Position numbers and translations under genes: made by a program. The notes under the pieces are model-generated. The model had not been told where the DNA came from, did not search any database, and worked only from the letters and a program-made list of their open reading frames with translations. Below are positions 6,158 to 6,223 of a stretch of DNA of 6,223 nt, one piece after another. The stretch's first letter is position 1; each line of letters starts with the position of its first letter. This stretch comes from Promethearchaeota archaeon (GTDB taxonomy: Archaea > Asgardarchaeota > Odinarchaeia > Odinarchaeales > JBHLKK01), in assembly GCA_048939465.1 (NCBI GenBank), contig JBHLPL010000111.1:1-6223 (forward strand), in the 5' to 3' direction.

Positions 6158-6223
6158 TTGCGAGATAAAGATAAGGTTTACTACGGGAAAATGATACTCG
6201 CCCTAATAACAGGTATTGTCTGT
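6158..6223 (+). CDS. 5' fragment of a divergent small membrane protein, possibly EMC6/OPTI(RAB5IF)-like; not in the ORF track
   Basis: TTG start after a strong SD. The frame is open to the window edge: MRDKDKVYYGKMILALITGIVC. A charged N-terminus leads into a hydrophobic helix, and D.vY..k..lal..G... resembles the first transmembrane segment of the Rab5ip/EMC6 family. Only 22 codons are visible. Confidence 0.6.
   Translation, partial: MRDKDKVYYGKMILALITGIVC

Noticed and set aside
1-6223. Mobile elements, CRISPR arrays, defence systems, rRNA
   Set aside because: No transposase or integrase motifs, no regularly spaced repeats and no rRNA-like sequence were seen.

Overview
Archaeal chromosomal window, judged from the gene families and BRE/TATA and Shine-Dalgarno (SD) signals; the lineage cannot be assigned from this sequence alone. 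Six genes lie on the minus strand. In transcription order they are: an Rqc2/RqcH/NEMF ribosome-quality-control factor (4123-6132), a 288-bp intergenic gap, two tandem four-CBS-domain proteins, dihydroorotase pyrC, a YbjN-like protein, and a DUF61/UPF0216 gene that runs off the left edge and is missing from the ORF track. At the right edge, also missing from the track, a plus-strand gene starts head-to-head with rqcH only 25 bp away. Its first 22 codons resemble EMC6/OPTI(RAB5IF)-like small membrane proteins. The 288-bp gap holds a 77-nt segment that can fold as a four-way junction, two TGAGTCA sites and a 12-bp palindrome. No mobile element, CRISPR array, tRNA or rRNA was seen. The region is mostly housekeeping. 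The best leads are the head-to-head rqcH/EMC6-like pair, the candidate structured RNA and the asymmetric CBS pair coupled to pyrC.
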